Positions 13,647 through 27,965 of a stretch of DNA of 64,000 bases are shown here, piece after piece. The DNA is taken from assembly GCA_951406725.2 (NCBI GenBank), contig OX597831.1:34100001-34164000 (forward strand), given 5' to 3'. The notes below the pieces were generated by a model. It saw only the letters and a list, made by a program, of their open reading frames with translations, did not search any database and was not told the DNA's origin. The position numbers and the translations under genes were made by a program. This DNA comes from Octopus vulgaris (taxonomy: Eukaryota). Numbering within the stretch: position 1 is the first letter of the stretch; each line of letters begins with the position of its first letter.

Positions 13647-13717
<71 letters not shown>

Positions 13718-14123
13718 TATACACAAGCACACATGAATATATGCTTCTATGGACGTATGGACGTATGTTTGTATATATGTACGTGTTTATATGTATGCAT
13801 TTCGAAACGCGGAGTAGACGAAACAGGGACAACTGAAGAAGGGGAATATTCCTTGTGTTGTATGTCTTGTACTCTGTTTTCTCGTTGTTTGAAGAAAAGT
13901 TCGTTTCCATGTTTTTGTTTTTATGTTTTCGTTTCTCATTGTGTTCAACGTTTTTTTATGTCCTGTACCCATATGTACATGTATATATACATATGGATGT
14001 AGGTATGTACCTATATGTATGCATATATGCATATATTTATGTATTATTTATATTATCATATGATCGAACGCCACACATCCTCTTCCAAGTAAATTTTATC
14101 TTATACATACACACACACACACA

Positions 14124-14193
<70 letters not shown>

Positions 14194-14598
14194 TACACAC
14201 ACACATACAAATATAACTACTCACGTGTATACACACACGTATATGTATACATATGTATATGTGAGAAGAGAGCAGAAAGAAACAAGAGAAAGGAAGAAAG
14301 CAGAACATGATATGAGAGTAATGTGTGAGTGTGTGTGAGAGACAGAGAGAGAGAGAGAAAGAGGGAGAGATAAAGAGAGAGAGAAAAAGGAAAAAGAGAG
14401 GAACGAGAGAAGACAGATATGCATGGCTAGATTGAGCGATGGGAGAGAAAGGAACATGAAAACAAAGTATTTCGAACACACTGACGAACAGACAGACAGA
14501 CAAGCAGACAAAATGTCTGACAATTATTAACGTCATTAATTGACTTATTCTAATCAAATATCATTCAAAGCCTGAAGTTAATTACATTATTATTTCAG

Positions 14599-14678
14599 AA
14601 AATGTGACTCGTCATTGCCATTCTAATGGAACGTGGGCGGCAAAAGCGAATTATGCCAGCTGTTTTCCAGAGGTCCAG
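14599..14678 (+). CDS. Next coding exon of the same class B1 GPCR ectodomain
   Basis: Acceptor tttcag at 14593-14598 and donor CAG|gtaac at 14678/14679; 80 nt, phase 1-0. Joins the previous exon in frame (C+AA=Gln) to give QNVTRHCHSNGTWAAKANYASCFPEVQ, the R-x-C-x2-NG-x-W...NY-x2-C motif. Confidence 0.9.
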
Positions 14679-15011
14679 GTAACGGAATTGCTTTATTCGT
14701 ACAGACAAGGCTGAGATAATTATTACTGTCAAATCGTGTCACTTTCTAATCGACTTTAGGTTCTGTGATATGGAACCATTTAATAACTGAGTCGGATTAT
14801 TTATAGTGAAATTGAAGGAAAGCCATTGATGATGAAGATGATCTAAATACGTGTGATGCTCTTTGGTTATAGCCATTAATACAAGGGAGTTAACCACCCC
14901 CTTACAACCAGAGACGGGGCTAGAATTTGGATTTGAAACTATAGAATATGTAGAACGAGATACGTAGAAATTGCATGCTTGAATTTCTATTTATGTATTA
15001 CGGAGTTCTTG

Positions 15012-15061
15012 CATTATTATTATTATTGTTGTTGTTGTTGTTGTTGCTACTACTACTACTG

Positions 15062-15126
<65 letters not shown>

Positions 15127-15177
15127 GCTACTACTACTACTACTACTACTATTATTATTATTATTATTATTATTATT
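15012..15177. repeat. Compound (TAT)/(TGT)/(TAC)n microsatellite at a LINE 3' end
   Basis: Seen directly in the sequence. Confidence 0.95.
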
Positions 15178-15179
15178 TT

Positions 15180-15269
15180 CATATACACTCAACAGATTAG
15201 ACTGCTAGAAAAGAAAAATCCAAACATCGTGTAACCTTCGATGCCAAGAACCCTCCTAAGTATCCATGG

Positions 15270-15310
<41 letters not shown>

Positions 15311-15328
15311 CTCTCTCTCTCTCTCTCG

Positions 15329-15374
<46 letters not shown>

Positions 15375-16840
15375 TGAGAGAGAAAGAGACCATGAATACT
15401 TAGGAGGGTTCTTGGCATCTAAGATTGCTTGTAGCCCGATGTTAGGAAGTTAGCACTGTTTTCTGAAGCTGTACTAAACTAGGCTTTGTGCCTATTTCCT
15501 CTATCCATCTGTTCAGATGTTTAGGGATCGCTCCCAACACATCTATATCTACTGGGATACATTTTATCCGCACTTTCCGTAGTCTCTGTAATTCAATGGC
15601 TAGGTCCTGGTACTTTGCTCTTTTTTCTATAATTCTCATATTAATATTTTCATCATTTGGGACAGTAAAAATCAGTTATCAGGTACCTTCTATTCTCTTT
15701 ATCTACTATTACCAAATCAGGCCTTCTAGCTTCTGTTACTCAGTCTGAATGTTGAAGTCCCATAACATCTTGTATATCTTACTTTCTAGTACTTTACTAG
15801 GTTCACGTTCATACCATTTATCAGTATGTTCAAATCATAACTTTCTACAACGCTCCCAGTGGATTGAATCTCCCTAGATTGTCTTGTCTTTTCTTGTATT
15901 ATTTTTGTGTCAGCATGCTACATTCGCTTACTATATAAATAACGCTTTCCTCTTTTGTTTTGCATAATCTACATTGAGAATCTACTTGGTTATTGTGTAT
16001 CTGGCTTTATCTAATTAGTCCTTAATGCTCGATCCTGTGCAGCTACTAACAAACTTTCTATCTCCCCCTTCAGCTTTTGTTTCTGCAACTATATTCATGT
16101 CTCACTACTACTATTTGCAGAAACTATCTTTGGGAATCTACCATGCAACGCCTTTTCCTACCAGTCAGATAATTTCTGTTCTTTTTTCTGGTTTTTAAGT
16201 TCGTTTGGGTTTTTGGTTTCCCAATGTAATGCTGTGACCCTAGCAGCTTTTAATAAACTTTCTTTACTATTACCTATATGACAGTCTATATCTACTCTAG
16301 CTAACTCCACGCAGACTTCTACCTTACTTTCTACCTTAACCCCCTTCCGCCTTACTTTCTACGTAGGTATAATCTTACTACTCCTCCTTGGATGGAGTCC
16401 ACCATTCATATTCAATCCCTTCCTAGTTCTGTCTAGCTTTGCTAATTCAGATTTTGTCCAATCTAAAAAAGCTGCTGAGTATCTAAGTAATGAAGCTGCC
16501 CAAATATTTATAACTTTCACTAGACGCGGACCATTTAGCTTCGACTTCATTAGCTTTCTCTCCCTTCTGATGTACTTGTAAATTTTCTAATACTCTTACT
16601 TACTTATAACTCTCTCTTCTTTTCAATTATTCTAATATCTGGCCATCTGGTAATTGGATGCCTTCTCCATTCCATATTCAATGCCTATGTCTTTTCGGAA
16701 GAGCTTTACAGTCTATTAAGGAATCTATCTTTTTTCATTCTTACTAAAAAGCTTCAGATCACCCATGTAGAGCAAATGGTTAAACATTTCCTTTGCTATT
16801 TCTGAACTACCTTTCTCTTCCTTTATACTAAACTGAGGGC
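15180..16840 (-). mobile_element. 5'-truncated, degenerate R4/Dong-like non-LTR retrotransposon (RT, zinc knuckle, RLE endonuclease)
   Basis: Minus-strand translations: NHLLYMGDLKLF (RT YMDD region), KSKLNG..VKVINIWAASLLRYSAAFLDWT, CRLCKTKEESVIYIVSEC, EKRAKYQDLAIELQRL...LQKTVL. 3' end runs into (AAT)n. Confidence 0.88.
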
Positions 16841-16854
16841 ATTAATATTATTAA

Positions 16855-17030
16855 GGCGGTGAGCTGGCAGAATCATTAGCACACCGGGAAAAATAGCATC
16901 ATTTCGCCCGTATTTATGTTCTGAGATGAAATCCGCCGAGGTCGACTTTGCTTTTCATTCTTTCAGGGTCAATTAAATAACTACCACCTACGCACTGCGG
17001 TCGATGTAATTTCAGGCCTTGTGCCTATCG
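16855..17030 (+). mobile_element. Family A SINE
   Basis: GGCGGTGAGCTGGCAGAATC...GAGGTCGACTTTGC. Confidence 0.8.
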
Positions 17031-17665
17031 TACAGCTTCTAACGCTGGACATGTACTCCATTGTCAGTTGTTTACTACCAGTGGACTAAGGTAACACTTC
17101 TTATTTTTCGGGCCCCTTCTGGAGTATCCTAGTGGTTCCAAGCAGTGCTGTTTTCTGCAAGTGCTGCACACTTATTGCAGCCCCTATTTGTTCTACGTAC
17201 TTCTCGAGTCTTTTGCTCACTGTTCCCAGGGCTCTAACAATTATTGGTATTAATGCTACCTTTTCCATCGACCACAACTGCTTAACTTCCCAAGCTAACC
17301 TGTCATATCACTCGACTTTTCTTTCTTCTTTATCGCATACCTTGTTGTTAGATGGGCATGCTACATCTATGACCCAGCATAGTTTGTTTCCTTTCTCAAT
17401 TAACACTATGTCCGGCTTCCTATTCTCTATTGTATGGTTGCACTGAATCATAAAATGCCATAGGATCTTTGCATTTCTATTTTTTTCGATGTCATTGGGT
17501 TTGTGGTCGTATCCATTTTCAGCTCTGTCAAGCCCATATTTGTTGCAAAGTGTCCAATGGGCAAGCTTGGCTATATTGTCGTGGCGTCTCTTATATTCCT
17601 TCTGGGTTAGTGACGTACATTTGCTGGTGATATCCCATACGGTTTCACCGTTTTGCCCACAGATC
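17030..17665 (-). mobile_element. 3' fragment of a second R4/Dong-like LINE family
   Basis: KICGQNGETVWDITSKC..QKEYKRRHD plus RLE region; ORF end and 3' UTR match 31325-31772. Confidence 0.85.
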
Positions 17666-17945
17666 TTATAATTACTATTTCCATTTATTATTAAAAGATT
17701 TGGTCTTTATTTCTTTATTTCTTTGTCTAGCACTTTGATGAATAGATCATATACTACAGGTCTATAAATAGATTCGGCAGATATACTGATATTCACGTCG
17801 ATGAATTTTGAATTTCTGAATTCAATTGAGCTGTTGCAATAAAAGGTGTGTTTACGTATTTGGGTAATACATTAAAGTTTTTATGCTTTCTTGAGATGTT
17901 CGTTTGTCTGTCCAGTTGGATAATACATTAGGACTTTTGCAATTA

Positions 17946-17986
<41 letters not shown>

Positions 17987-18012
17987 GCTGTTGTTGTTGT
18001 TGTTGCTGTTGC

Positions 18013-18071
<59 letters not shown>

Positions 18072-18073
<2 letters not shown>

Positions 18074-18285
18074 GGTGGCAAACTGGCAGAATCGTTAGCA
18101 CGACGGGCAAAATGCTTCGCAGTACTTCGTCCGCCTTGATTTTCTGCGTTCAAATTCCGCCGAGGTCGAATTTGCTTTTTTTTCTTTCGGGGTCGATAAT
18201 ATAGAATACAAGTCAAATAGTGGTGACTCGATGTATTCGACTAACCCCTCCATTTAAAATTGCAGGCCTCATTCGAAAACTAGAA
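18072..18285 (+). mobile_element. Family A SINE after (TTA)n
   Basis: Head and GTTCAAATTCCGCCGAGGTCGA. Confidence 0.75.
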
Positions 18286-18419
18286 ATACTTACTATAATC
18301 ATCATAATCGTCGTCGTCGTCATCGTCATCATAATCATCGGCATCATTGTCGTTGTCGTCATCATCATCACCATCATCGTCATTAATATCATGGTAATAG
18401 TGATTATTATCATGAATTC

Positions 18420-19020
<601 letters not shown>

Positions 19021-19570
19021 ATGGTAATTTGATGATAATTAGAATGCTGCTGCTGCTGATGATGATGATTATGAAGAAAACAACGAAGACGACTGTGACG
19101 TCACCAGCACCGACGCCGACGCCGACGGCAACGAGACAAGGACGACGGCGATAACGTACGTATTCAGGTATGATGACCGATATCATTGTCCAAGCATTAA
19201 TATTCATAAAGAGAAACGTCTCCTTATAAAGTAGCTATGATATGAAATTAATTCTAATCCGAATGCAAGCGAGTCTCTTAGAGATAATTAAATACGCGCA
19301 ATAAATTCTGTATAATCCGAATAATCACTGGTTTTAAAATTGCTTGTTGCTGGAGAAAGGAATTAAAAAAAAAACAAGACTTTCGAACGATGAACAAAAT
19401 CCTGCACTGCATTTGTTCCGGTTCTCAACAGTTTGAATTCAAATACTACCAAGGCCGATAAAATAGAGTGTCATGAAGAACTAGTCAAGTAAAAGGGTTG
19501 TTTTAATTCAATAATCGATCTGCAGAATTCCTGTGCTGGGCACTCACTTCTATACATTGTAGCTGATTGT

Positions 19571-19770
19571 CTTCTTCTTCTTCTTCTTCTTCTTCTTCTT
19601 CTTCTTCTTCTTCTTCTTCTTCTTCTTCTTCTTCTTCTTCTCCTTCCTCTTCTTCTTCTTCTTCTTCTTCTTCTTCTTCTTCTTCTTCTTCTTCTTCTTC
19701 TCCTTCTTCTTCTTCTTCTTCTTCTTCTTCTCCTCCTTCTTCTTTTTCTTCTTCTTCCTCTTCTTCTTCT
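19571..19770. repeat. (TTC)n microsatellite
   Basis: Seen directly in the sequence. Confidence 0.95.
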
Positions 19771-20267
19771 CCAACTCCTCCTTCTCCTACTTTTCATCTT
19801 TTTCTTCAACATATGGAGTCAGTTTGAAAGGGCGACATGTAGAGGCGCCTTCGGGTTCGACTGTCGTTCACAAGATCTTGGTTTCGGTTTTCATACCGAT
19901 GGTGCGTTCTCTTCTTTGGCAAAACCACTTTATTTCACTCAGGTGCTAGTAATTGTGTAACCTTATGACGGACCGGCGTTTCGTTCAGCCGGGGTTTGAT
20001 CTGGCTGCCTTAACAGTGGGTTGAGTTCATTCAAAATCTAAAACGCACGGAAGCACCATCTGATCATCAGTGTGTAACATCTGGTAGTCTGGTTGATATA
20101 TATATATGTATTCCAAATGACTTTGGAGTACCTAATTCGCGAAATTCATTCTACTATCGGATTACATTACCTTGTTCATTCGGAATATGACATTTTTGCA
20201 CCTTGAGTGTGAATCATATATATATATATATATATATGCATTCATACATATATGTGTGTATGTGTAT

Positions 20268-20385
20268 AACTCAGCTGTAGAAAGGAGTTGTGACATCACT
20301 GGTGTTGAGAGGGGAGGCTGGTATGCATGGGCGACTGCTGGCCTTCCATAAACAAACTTGCCGGACTTGTGCCTCGGAGGGTCTC
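20268..20385 (+). mobile_element. Fragment of family D SINE
   Basis: ACTCAGCTGTAGAAA...GAGAGGGGAGGCTGGTATGCATGGGCGACTGCTGG matches 35900-36175. Confidence 0.7.
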
Positions 20386-20481
20386 CCATATACATACATG
20401 ATAAAAACGGTATATATTGATAAAAACGGTAAGACAACAAAAGAAAGAAAGTGACCCCGATATTATGTAAATAGAAGAATT

Positions 20482-20626
20482 TATCTGTAAATGTAATATG
20501 TGACAATTATTCGGTAGCCATGATAAAACTCCGAGTTTCGAATGCCGAGGTGGAAATCCACGCCGCCATCTCGAAACTCGGAGTTTTAGCATGGCTATCG
20601 AAAATTGTCACATATTACATTTACAG

Positions 20627-20629
<3 letters not shown>
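20482..20629. repeat. Fold-back inverted repeat (~60-bp arms) next to (TA)n
   Basis: TATCTGTAAATGTAATATGTGACAATT...AAAACTCCGAGTTTCGA / TCGAAACTCGGAGTTTT...AATTGTCACATATTACATTTACAGATA. Confidence 0.9.
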
Positions 20630-20671
<42 letters not shown>

Positions 20672-20696
20672 AAGAAAGAAAGAAAGAAAGAAAGAG

Positions 20697-20727
<31 letters not shown>

Positions 20728-21383
20728 GAAATATATATATGTATGTGACGGCAGAGGTCACCAATTGTAGCGGATCTGATGTTGAGAGATTAACGTAATA
20801 TGTGTTAGACCGACATCGATGGAAAAGAAGGAAAAAAAATAAAAGGAATATTTGTTTGGTCACAGCTGCATTCGCTTTGTTGGACACTTGGCACAAATAT
20901 GCTGCTACATGATATAGCCAGCTACTTCGTGTCGGCGAAATAAAAAAACCGAGAAAAGAGAATGTTGATGGGACGAGATAATATAATGACATATTTTGTG
21001 TTTGTTTGTGCGTCGTCATTCGCCTCTGTTGTGTTGTTTCTCTGTTTGAATTGTTCTGTGGTCTGCAAATGCCAACTCTTGCGTGTCGCTCCGCTCGCAG
21101 TTCTCATCATCTCTATCACGGTGCTGACTGTTATTGGAACTCGTATTTAATGGCCCATTCTAGCTAGAAGGATGGATATACCATTATAAGAGTGTCTTGT
21201 ACCTATTTAGGCCACCTGCTGTCCAGGTCGGAGGTCAAGTGGAAACTCATCCATCATTTTTGACAGGACAAATTTTTTTCCGCCCGGTCAGCCAATGACG
21301 CGCGTGAATTCTTAGATTCGGTTTCGAATCTCAGCCTGTATAATAAAATGTAGTTTCCATATACACACACACGCACGTACACA

Positions 21384-21450
<67 letters not shown>

Positions 21451-21976
21451 TCTTACTCTCTATATTAAATGATATTTATGTGTCACGAGATTGGGTACAT
21501 TTCTTGTTGATCTTACCTTAACGGAAAAGTGAACTATATATGCATGTGTGTGTGAAAGTGTATTTGTGTGTGTGTGTGTGTGCGTGCGTGCGTGTGTATG
21601 ATTGTAAATAGGTCATTTTGAATCGCAAGATTTAAACGAATGGAAAATATGACAGATAATAATCTTTATTCCATCAACATAAGTTGATTTCTGTTGAATT
21701 CTGATGATTAAGAAACAGGTCTTTAGAAGCAATGATTAAAACCCATGCACGCTAAAGCATATTGATTCTTTAATACATAGGTTAAAGACGAGGGATTAAT
21801 GTTCTTGATTGATTATAATCTTGCATAGATAAACTGCGCTTTCTTTTCGAATCCATGCGATTGAAATCGATTAATAATCGATAAGCAAAGCAGAAAATCG
21901 ACAAGTAGAAATGATACAAGTCCTTTCTTATCGTTTGACATCAGATGTTCTTGTTGTCGTAGTAGCCAGCTTTGTG

Positions 21977-22029
<53 letters not shown>

Positions 22030-22044
22030 TATATACTTAATTCT

Positions 22045-22138
<94 letters not shown>

Positions 22139-22175
22139 ATATATATATATATACATGTGTGTATCTCTCTCTCCA

Positions 22176-22225
<50 letters not shown>

Positions 22226-22257
22226 TATATGTAAATATAAATATATAAATATATACA

Positions 22258-22325
<68 letters not shown>

Positions 22326-22327
<2 letters not shown>

Positions 22328-22472
22328 GGTGGATGGTGCTGATTGCAGCATAGTAGTTCTCTGTAGCTAATTGTATGAACTTGTTGGCTTTATTTACTTT
22401 CAGTTGTTTAAACCACCCGATTACCTCCGGAGTATCAGACCACAGGGCTTGTTCTACTTTTGATTTTAGGAT
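22326..22472 (-). mobile_element. Short Penelope-like reverse transcriptase fragment between (TA)n and (CA)n
   Basis: [36 protein letters not shown] resembles the PLE RT motif W.NT..VI.WF......FIQFDI..FY.SI. Confidence 0.6.
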
Positions 22473-22474
22473 TG

Positions 22475-22540
<66 letters not shown>

Positions 22541-22807
22541 CTCGTAACTGGATGTTTCTGATTTCCAGTACTCATAGGTGCTCATTTCCGATCGTCATCT
22601 GGTAAACCTAGATTGGATTTCTTTTGAATATCCATTGTCTAAACATCTTCATATTTTTTTTTCGAAATATGAACTGAAAGCTTGAAGGAATGCATGTCTT
22701 TATTGTTCTTTCGTTTAAAAACTTTTTGAACTACACGTGTAAACTGCTGTTTCAAGCGCACGCTATTTTATTTCATTTCTGGTTATAATGGTTGTATGTG
22801 TCATAAG

Positions 22808-23187
22808 GTGGAGGCGCAATGGCCCAGTGGTTAGGGCAGCGGACTCGCAGTCATAGGATCGCGGCTTCGATTCCCAGACCGGGCGTTGTGAGTGTTCATT
22901 GAGCGAAAACACCTAAAGCTCCACGAGGCTCCGGCAGGGGATGGTGGTGATCCCTGCTGTACTCTTTCACCACAACTTTCACTCTTACTTCATATTTCTG
23001 TTGTATCTGTATTTCAAAGGGCCGGCCTTGTCACTCTCTGTGTCACGCTGAATATCCCCGAAAACTACGTTAAGGGTACACGTGTCTGTGGAGTGCTCAG
23101 CCACTTACACGTTAATTTCACGAGCAGGCTGTTCCGTTGATTCGAATCAACCGGAACCCTCATCGTCGTAACTGACGGAGTGCTTCC
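22808..23187 (+). mobile_element. tRNA-derived SINE family C with a 10-bp TSD
   Basis: TGGCCCAGTGG (A-box), GG.TTCGATTCC (B-box); TSD ATGTGTCATA at 22796-22805 and 23188-23197. Confidence 0.9.
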
Positions 23188-23576
23188 ATGTGTCATAGAC
23201 GTTATAAACTGCAAACAATCGAAGCCATGAAATTGCGTTGCTATTTAAGTAATTTTCCAGAATGATACTGTTAAGCAATACTTTTAATTAATACTTTTAG
23301 TTTAAATTTTTTTAGAAAATTATGTTTGCGCATGCGTGTGTTCACCCTGGAAGCGTTTGTGCAGACGCATACTTTTGTACACACACAGACACACATATAC
23401 GCACAGAATTATACATTACTGTATACGCACAGGTATATTTGTATACGTATACATATATGTTGATATACATTTACTCATATACAGACACCCACACGCATAT
23501 TAAAACATATATTAATAAAACCTATTAATTAAACATTTCGAAAACCAAAGTTTATATATGTGTGTGCGCGCACGTT

Positions 23577-23637
<61 letters not shown>

Positions 23638-25323
23638 GTATATATATACACATACACATATATATACATATATATAGATGTATATATAAATATGTATATG
23701 TATATAAATACATACTTACACACACATACACACACATATATATATATACATGTATATGTATATATATGTGCATTTACTTTGCATATAGTAATAATAAATA
23801 CGTATAGATATAAGTATGTACGTATACATATGTATATAATGATATACATATATATGTAAAAATACTTATTATTTATATATATATATGTATAATAAGCATT
23901 AGGATAATGCACGAGAATAGACACAAAACAGAAAACATACAGATTTGCACATACTCTGTCACACTGCATGATACCTTGTAGAAATGAGTTGCGACATCAC
24001 TGGTGTGGAGAGAGGAGGCTGGTATGCGTGGGCGAAGTATAGGCCTGGCGTACAAAGCTTTCTGAATGTACGTGGTTGACAACAATAACCTGTCGTCTAC
24101 ACACACACACACACACACACACAATGCCTAAAATATAAGGAGTGGGTCAGTGGATCTAGTAGAACATTGACTACAATTGTTTCATAAATCACTGACGTTC
24201 AGTTACGTAAGCCGTTACGCAGCGTAGTTTGTCTTCATGCGAAGACAGTTCGACGAAGTTTACATTGTCGCATGAAATAACTAAATACTAAGGCTACAAG
24301 CTAGCAAAAGACAGTGGTCAGTGGAACAGGACAGTCGAACGAAAATAAAAACAAAATAAAACAATATAAAATAAAAATAAAATAAAATGAGCAATGGCAA
24401 TGTTAACGAAGGGGGGCGAAGGGATCACCTCACAGGAGAGAATTAACAAGGAGAATCTCTTTATTGAAAAATTCAAACCGCAACTTAATATGCAAACTCG
24501 TTGATCATACTTCCTTTATCTACCTCATTCTTCATGGATGGACTAACACAAATATATAAGGATACCATGCATTCATCACTTCTAGCTAAAACTTATATTC
24601 TTTAAATATCATTATTATTATTGTTGTTATTATTACTATCATTTTTATTATATATGACATAACAATCTGATATGTAATTATAAATTGGTTTATGCAAATT
24701 TATATAATTAGAAAATAATATAAATAAAGTGTTAAAATCTGAATGTTAAGTTAGCAAACAATTATATACAAAAGATAATGCAAATGAAGCTAAAATGATA
24801 ATTTTATAATTTAAGGTTTATTAACACCCTTTATTACAAAAAATTGATAAACACAAATTGAAGAGCTTAAAACCCATAGAGTTGTCTCCCCTTATTCACA
24901 ACACAGGGACTGAAGAACTACTACTACTACTACTTCCTGTTTTGCCAACACCCTTAATTAAACTAAACAACACATGGTTTTAATCCCATTGGATCCTAAT
25001 ACTTCAAGGTAATTTTTTCGTGAACAATCATTAAACTCAAGATACACTAAGACTTTACAATGTATCGGAGTACTTATTTTTTAATTTTTGTATATATTTA
25101 TTATTATTTTTTTGCAAAAAACAATGTAGTTTTCTTTTTTCCCCCTCCTCACATTTAAAAAAAATGTTTTCTTTTACAATTCTTGAAAAGTCACATTATT
25201 ACGAAAACCGATTTGAATTAATATATATTTATATATTTTATCAATTTTTCAAAAACTTTTTCCATACACCCATTTTCATTAAAATTTTCTTTCAATTTAG
25301 CATTCTGCCTTTTTACAATTTTT

Positions 25324-25383
<60 letters not shown>

Positions 25384-25955
25384 ATATATATACATATATA
25401 TTTATATATATACATATATATGAATATACACATGTGTATGTGTGTGCCTGTGCGCCAGTGTGTCTCTGTGTCTATATAATATATTACATTGTATTTTATT
25501 CCATCTTAATTACTCTTTTCTACTTTTTATGGCAAACGCTATTCAACTCCTTTCATTTGCATTTTGGTCTATTAATCATTTGAATACCGTTTATCAAATT
25601 ATTTCAACAGATATCATTTAAGAGATCAAATGCAATAACAAATCGTTGAATCGTGAGATTCCCATCTCTACTCACCCATCCCGTTTAAATACCACACATA
25701 CGAATAAGAAAACTAGATAAACTGATGAAAGATATGGACGTTAAGAAGCAAGAGTTGAGAATCTGTAGACACTCTTTTGACAGTTCAGTGCCATGATTTA
25801 TCTATTGTTCTCGCTGTATTATTACAAAGACATCGTACGTTTGAAGATTTTTGAATGCTTTGGATGTTCAGAATCAAAGACACATCAGCAACTTGGCTCT
25901 CGGTGTCTAAAGGTAATTGTTCTTTGAAAATTGTAATAAGAATAAAAAATATACA

Positions 25956-26036
<81 letters not shown>

Positions 26037-26081
26037 CTCAATCTATCTATCTATCTATTTGTCTGTCTATCTATCTATCTA

Positions 26082-26140
<59 letters not shown>

Positions 26141-26252
26141 GTCTATCTATCATCTATTTATCTATCCATCCATCCATCTATACATACATACATATGCAAA
26201 TGCATCTGTATGTGTATGAATGTGTGTATGTATGTATGTATGTATGTATGTA

Positions 26253-26285
<33 letters not shown>

Positions 26286-26301
26286 ATGTATGTTGTATGT
26301 A

Positions 26302-26336
<35 letters not shown>

Positions 26337-26771
26337 ATGTATGTATGTATGTATGTATGTATGTATGTATTGTAATAATCGAAGAAAGATCGCGAATCCA
26401 TAAGTTCTTGTGACATTTTGTTGCAGAACTTTTGATGATTATTATAAAACTTTGGAGTCGTTTCTATGATTGGCGTGGAATTTGCGATGCAGTTCTTAGT
26501 TTTGAACAAATCAAAGACGCTGGCAAATTTCTGTTAATAACGATTTGAAGCACATATTTCTTGCATCTGAAGTATCTGAAGTGCACTTCAGAACATCGCA
26601 TTCCTCTTAAGTTCTTCATTTATCATGCAATTGGAAGTTTCAATTTTCACGTAGTTCACGCGTAACATTGCATCCCATCCGCTGTGTCAATTCTCAAGCG
26701 GACAGGTGTGGATCCTCGTGGATGAGGTCGTTCAACTGATTCTCATCAAACAGAACAGGTCTGTCAGTATA

Positions 26772-27199
26772 TATTTCTTTACTACCCACAAGGGACTAAA
26801 CACAGAGGGGACAAAGAAGGACAGACACGCGGATTAAGTCGATTACATCGACCTCAGTACGTAACTGGTACTTAATTTATCGACAAGGCGGTGAGCTGGC
26901 AGATACGTTAGGACGCCGGACGAAATGCTGAGCGGTATTTCGTCTGGCGTTACGTTCTGAGTTCAAATTCCGCCGAGGTCGACTTTGCCTTTCATCCTTT
27001 CGGGGTCGATTAAATAAGTACCAGTTACGCACTGGGGACGATATAAGCGACTTAATCCGTTTGTCTGTCCTTGTTTGTCCTCTCTGTGTTTAGCCCCTTG
27101 TGGGTAGTAAAGAAATAGGTACTTAATTTATCGACTCCGAAAGGATGAAAGGTAAAGCATTTCGCCCGACATGCTAACGATTCTGCCAGCTCGCCGCCT
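26772..27199 (-). mobile_element. Family A SINE with a 16-bp TSD
   Basis: CAGGTCTGTCAGTATA at 26756-26771 and 27200-27215. Confidence 0.9.
26885..27117 (+). mobile_element. Full family A SINE nested antisense in the previous SINE, 18-bp TSD
   Basis: GGTACTTAATTTATCGAC at 26867-26884 and 27118-27135. Confidence 0.92.
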
Positions 27200-27663
27200 C
27201 AGGTCTGTCAGTATACATAGAGTTGTTGAGGATGAATTTCCCTCCTTGCAGCATGAAAACCATTTCTGTGCAGTTCGTTTAGCAATAGCGTCTTTTCCGA
27301 ACACAACAGAAATGTCTCGAGCGGTTATGGCAGCTTGGGAACCTTGATTGAAAGCGAAGAGAAACATTTTTCGAAAATGTTCATTTTTTTTCTACTTGGC
27401 ACTCTACCGTACTAAGTAGTGAAATCTTGAAGAGGGGAAACGGTAGGCAAAAGCCTACTGGAAGTACCATTGTTATTCACAGATTCTGGTATTAATCCCT
27501 CGTCCCGTTTATCGCTACTACATGGTATTTTGGTTTCTGAAAAGAGGCGAAATTTAATCAAATTTCAAAAAGCAAAAGCAAAAGTTGCAGGGAAAGAATA
27601 AAGTTAAAAATAACCGTAAGAAACAACAATAGGAATATTTTTCCAGCTAATTCAAATAAGAGA

Positions 27664-27965
27664 AGAGGCGCATTGGCCCAATGGTTAGGTTAGCGGACAC
27701 GCATCCGAAGATGGCGGTTTCGATTCCCAGACCAGACATTGTATGTGTTTATTGAGCGAAAACACCTAAAAGCTCCACGAGGCTCCGGCAGGGAAAGCTG
27801 GCGACCCCTGTTGTACTCTTTTGTCACAACTTTCTTTCACTATCTCTTCCTGATTCTTGAGTAACGCTGCGATGGACTGGCGTCCCGTCCAGCTTGTGGG
27901 AACACATACGCCACAGAAACCGGGGAACCGATCCCATGACCCTGGCTAGGCTTGAAAAGGGCGAC
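27664..27965 (+). mobile_element. Family C SINE with an alternative 3' tail
   Basis: Family C head and body followed by GCGATGGACTGGCGTCCCGTCCAG...GAAACCGG. Confidence 0.8.

Larger units (their letters stand above)
26640..27400 (-). mobile_element. Mariner (Mos1/Hsmar-like) transposase N-terminal relic interrupted by SINEs
   Basis: FLFAFNQGSQAAITARDISVVFGKDAIAKRTAQKWF (HTH) continues past the insertion as RPVLFDENQLNDLIHEDP. Confidence 0.8.

Noticed and set aside
20962-21150. Hydrophobic ORF as the TM1 exon
   Set aside because: No class B TM1 motif (GY..S...L) or convincing splice sites.
22808-22885. SINE heads as tRNA genes
   Set aside because: No proper cloverleaf; they are part of TSD-bounded SINEs.
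24907-25008. Internal coding exon bounded by AG and GT
   Set aside because: Stops in all three frames.
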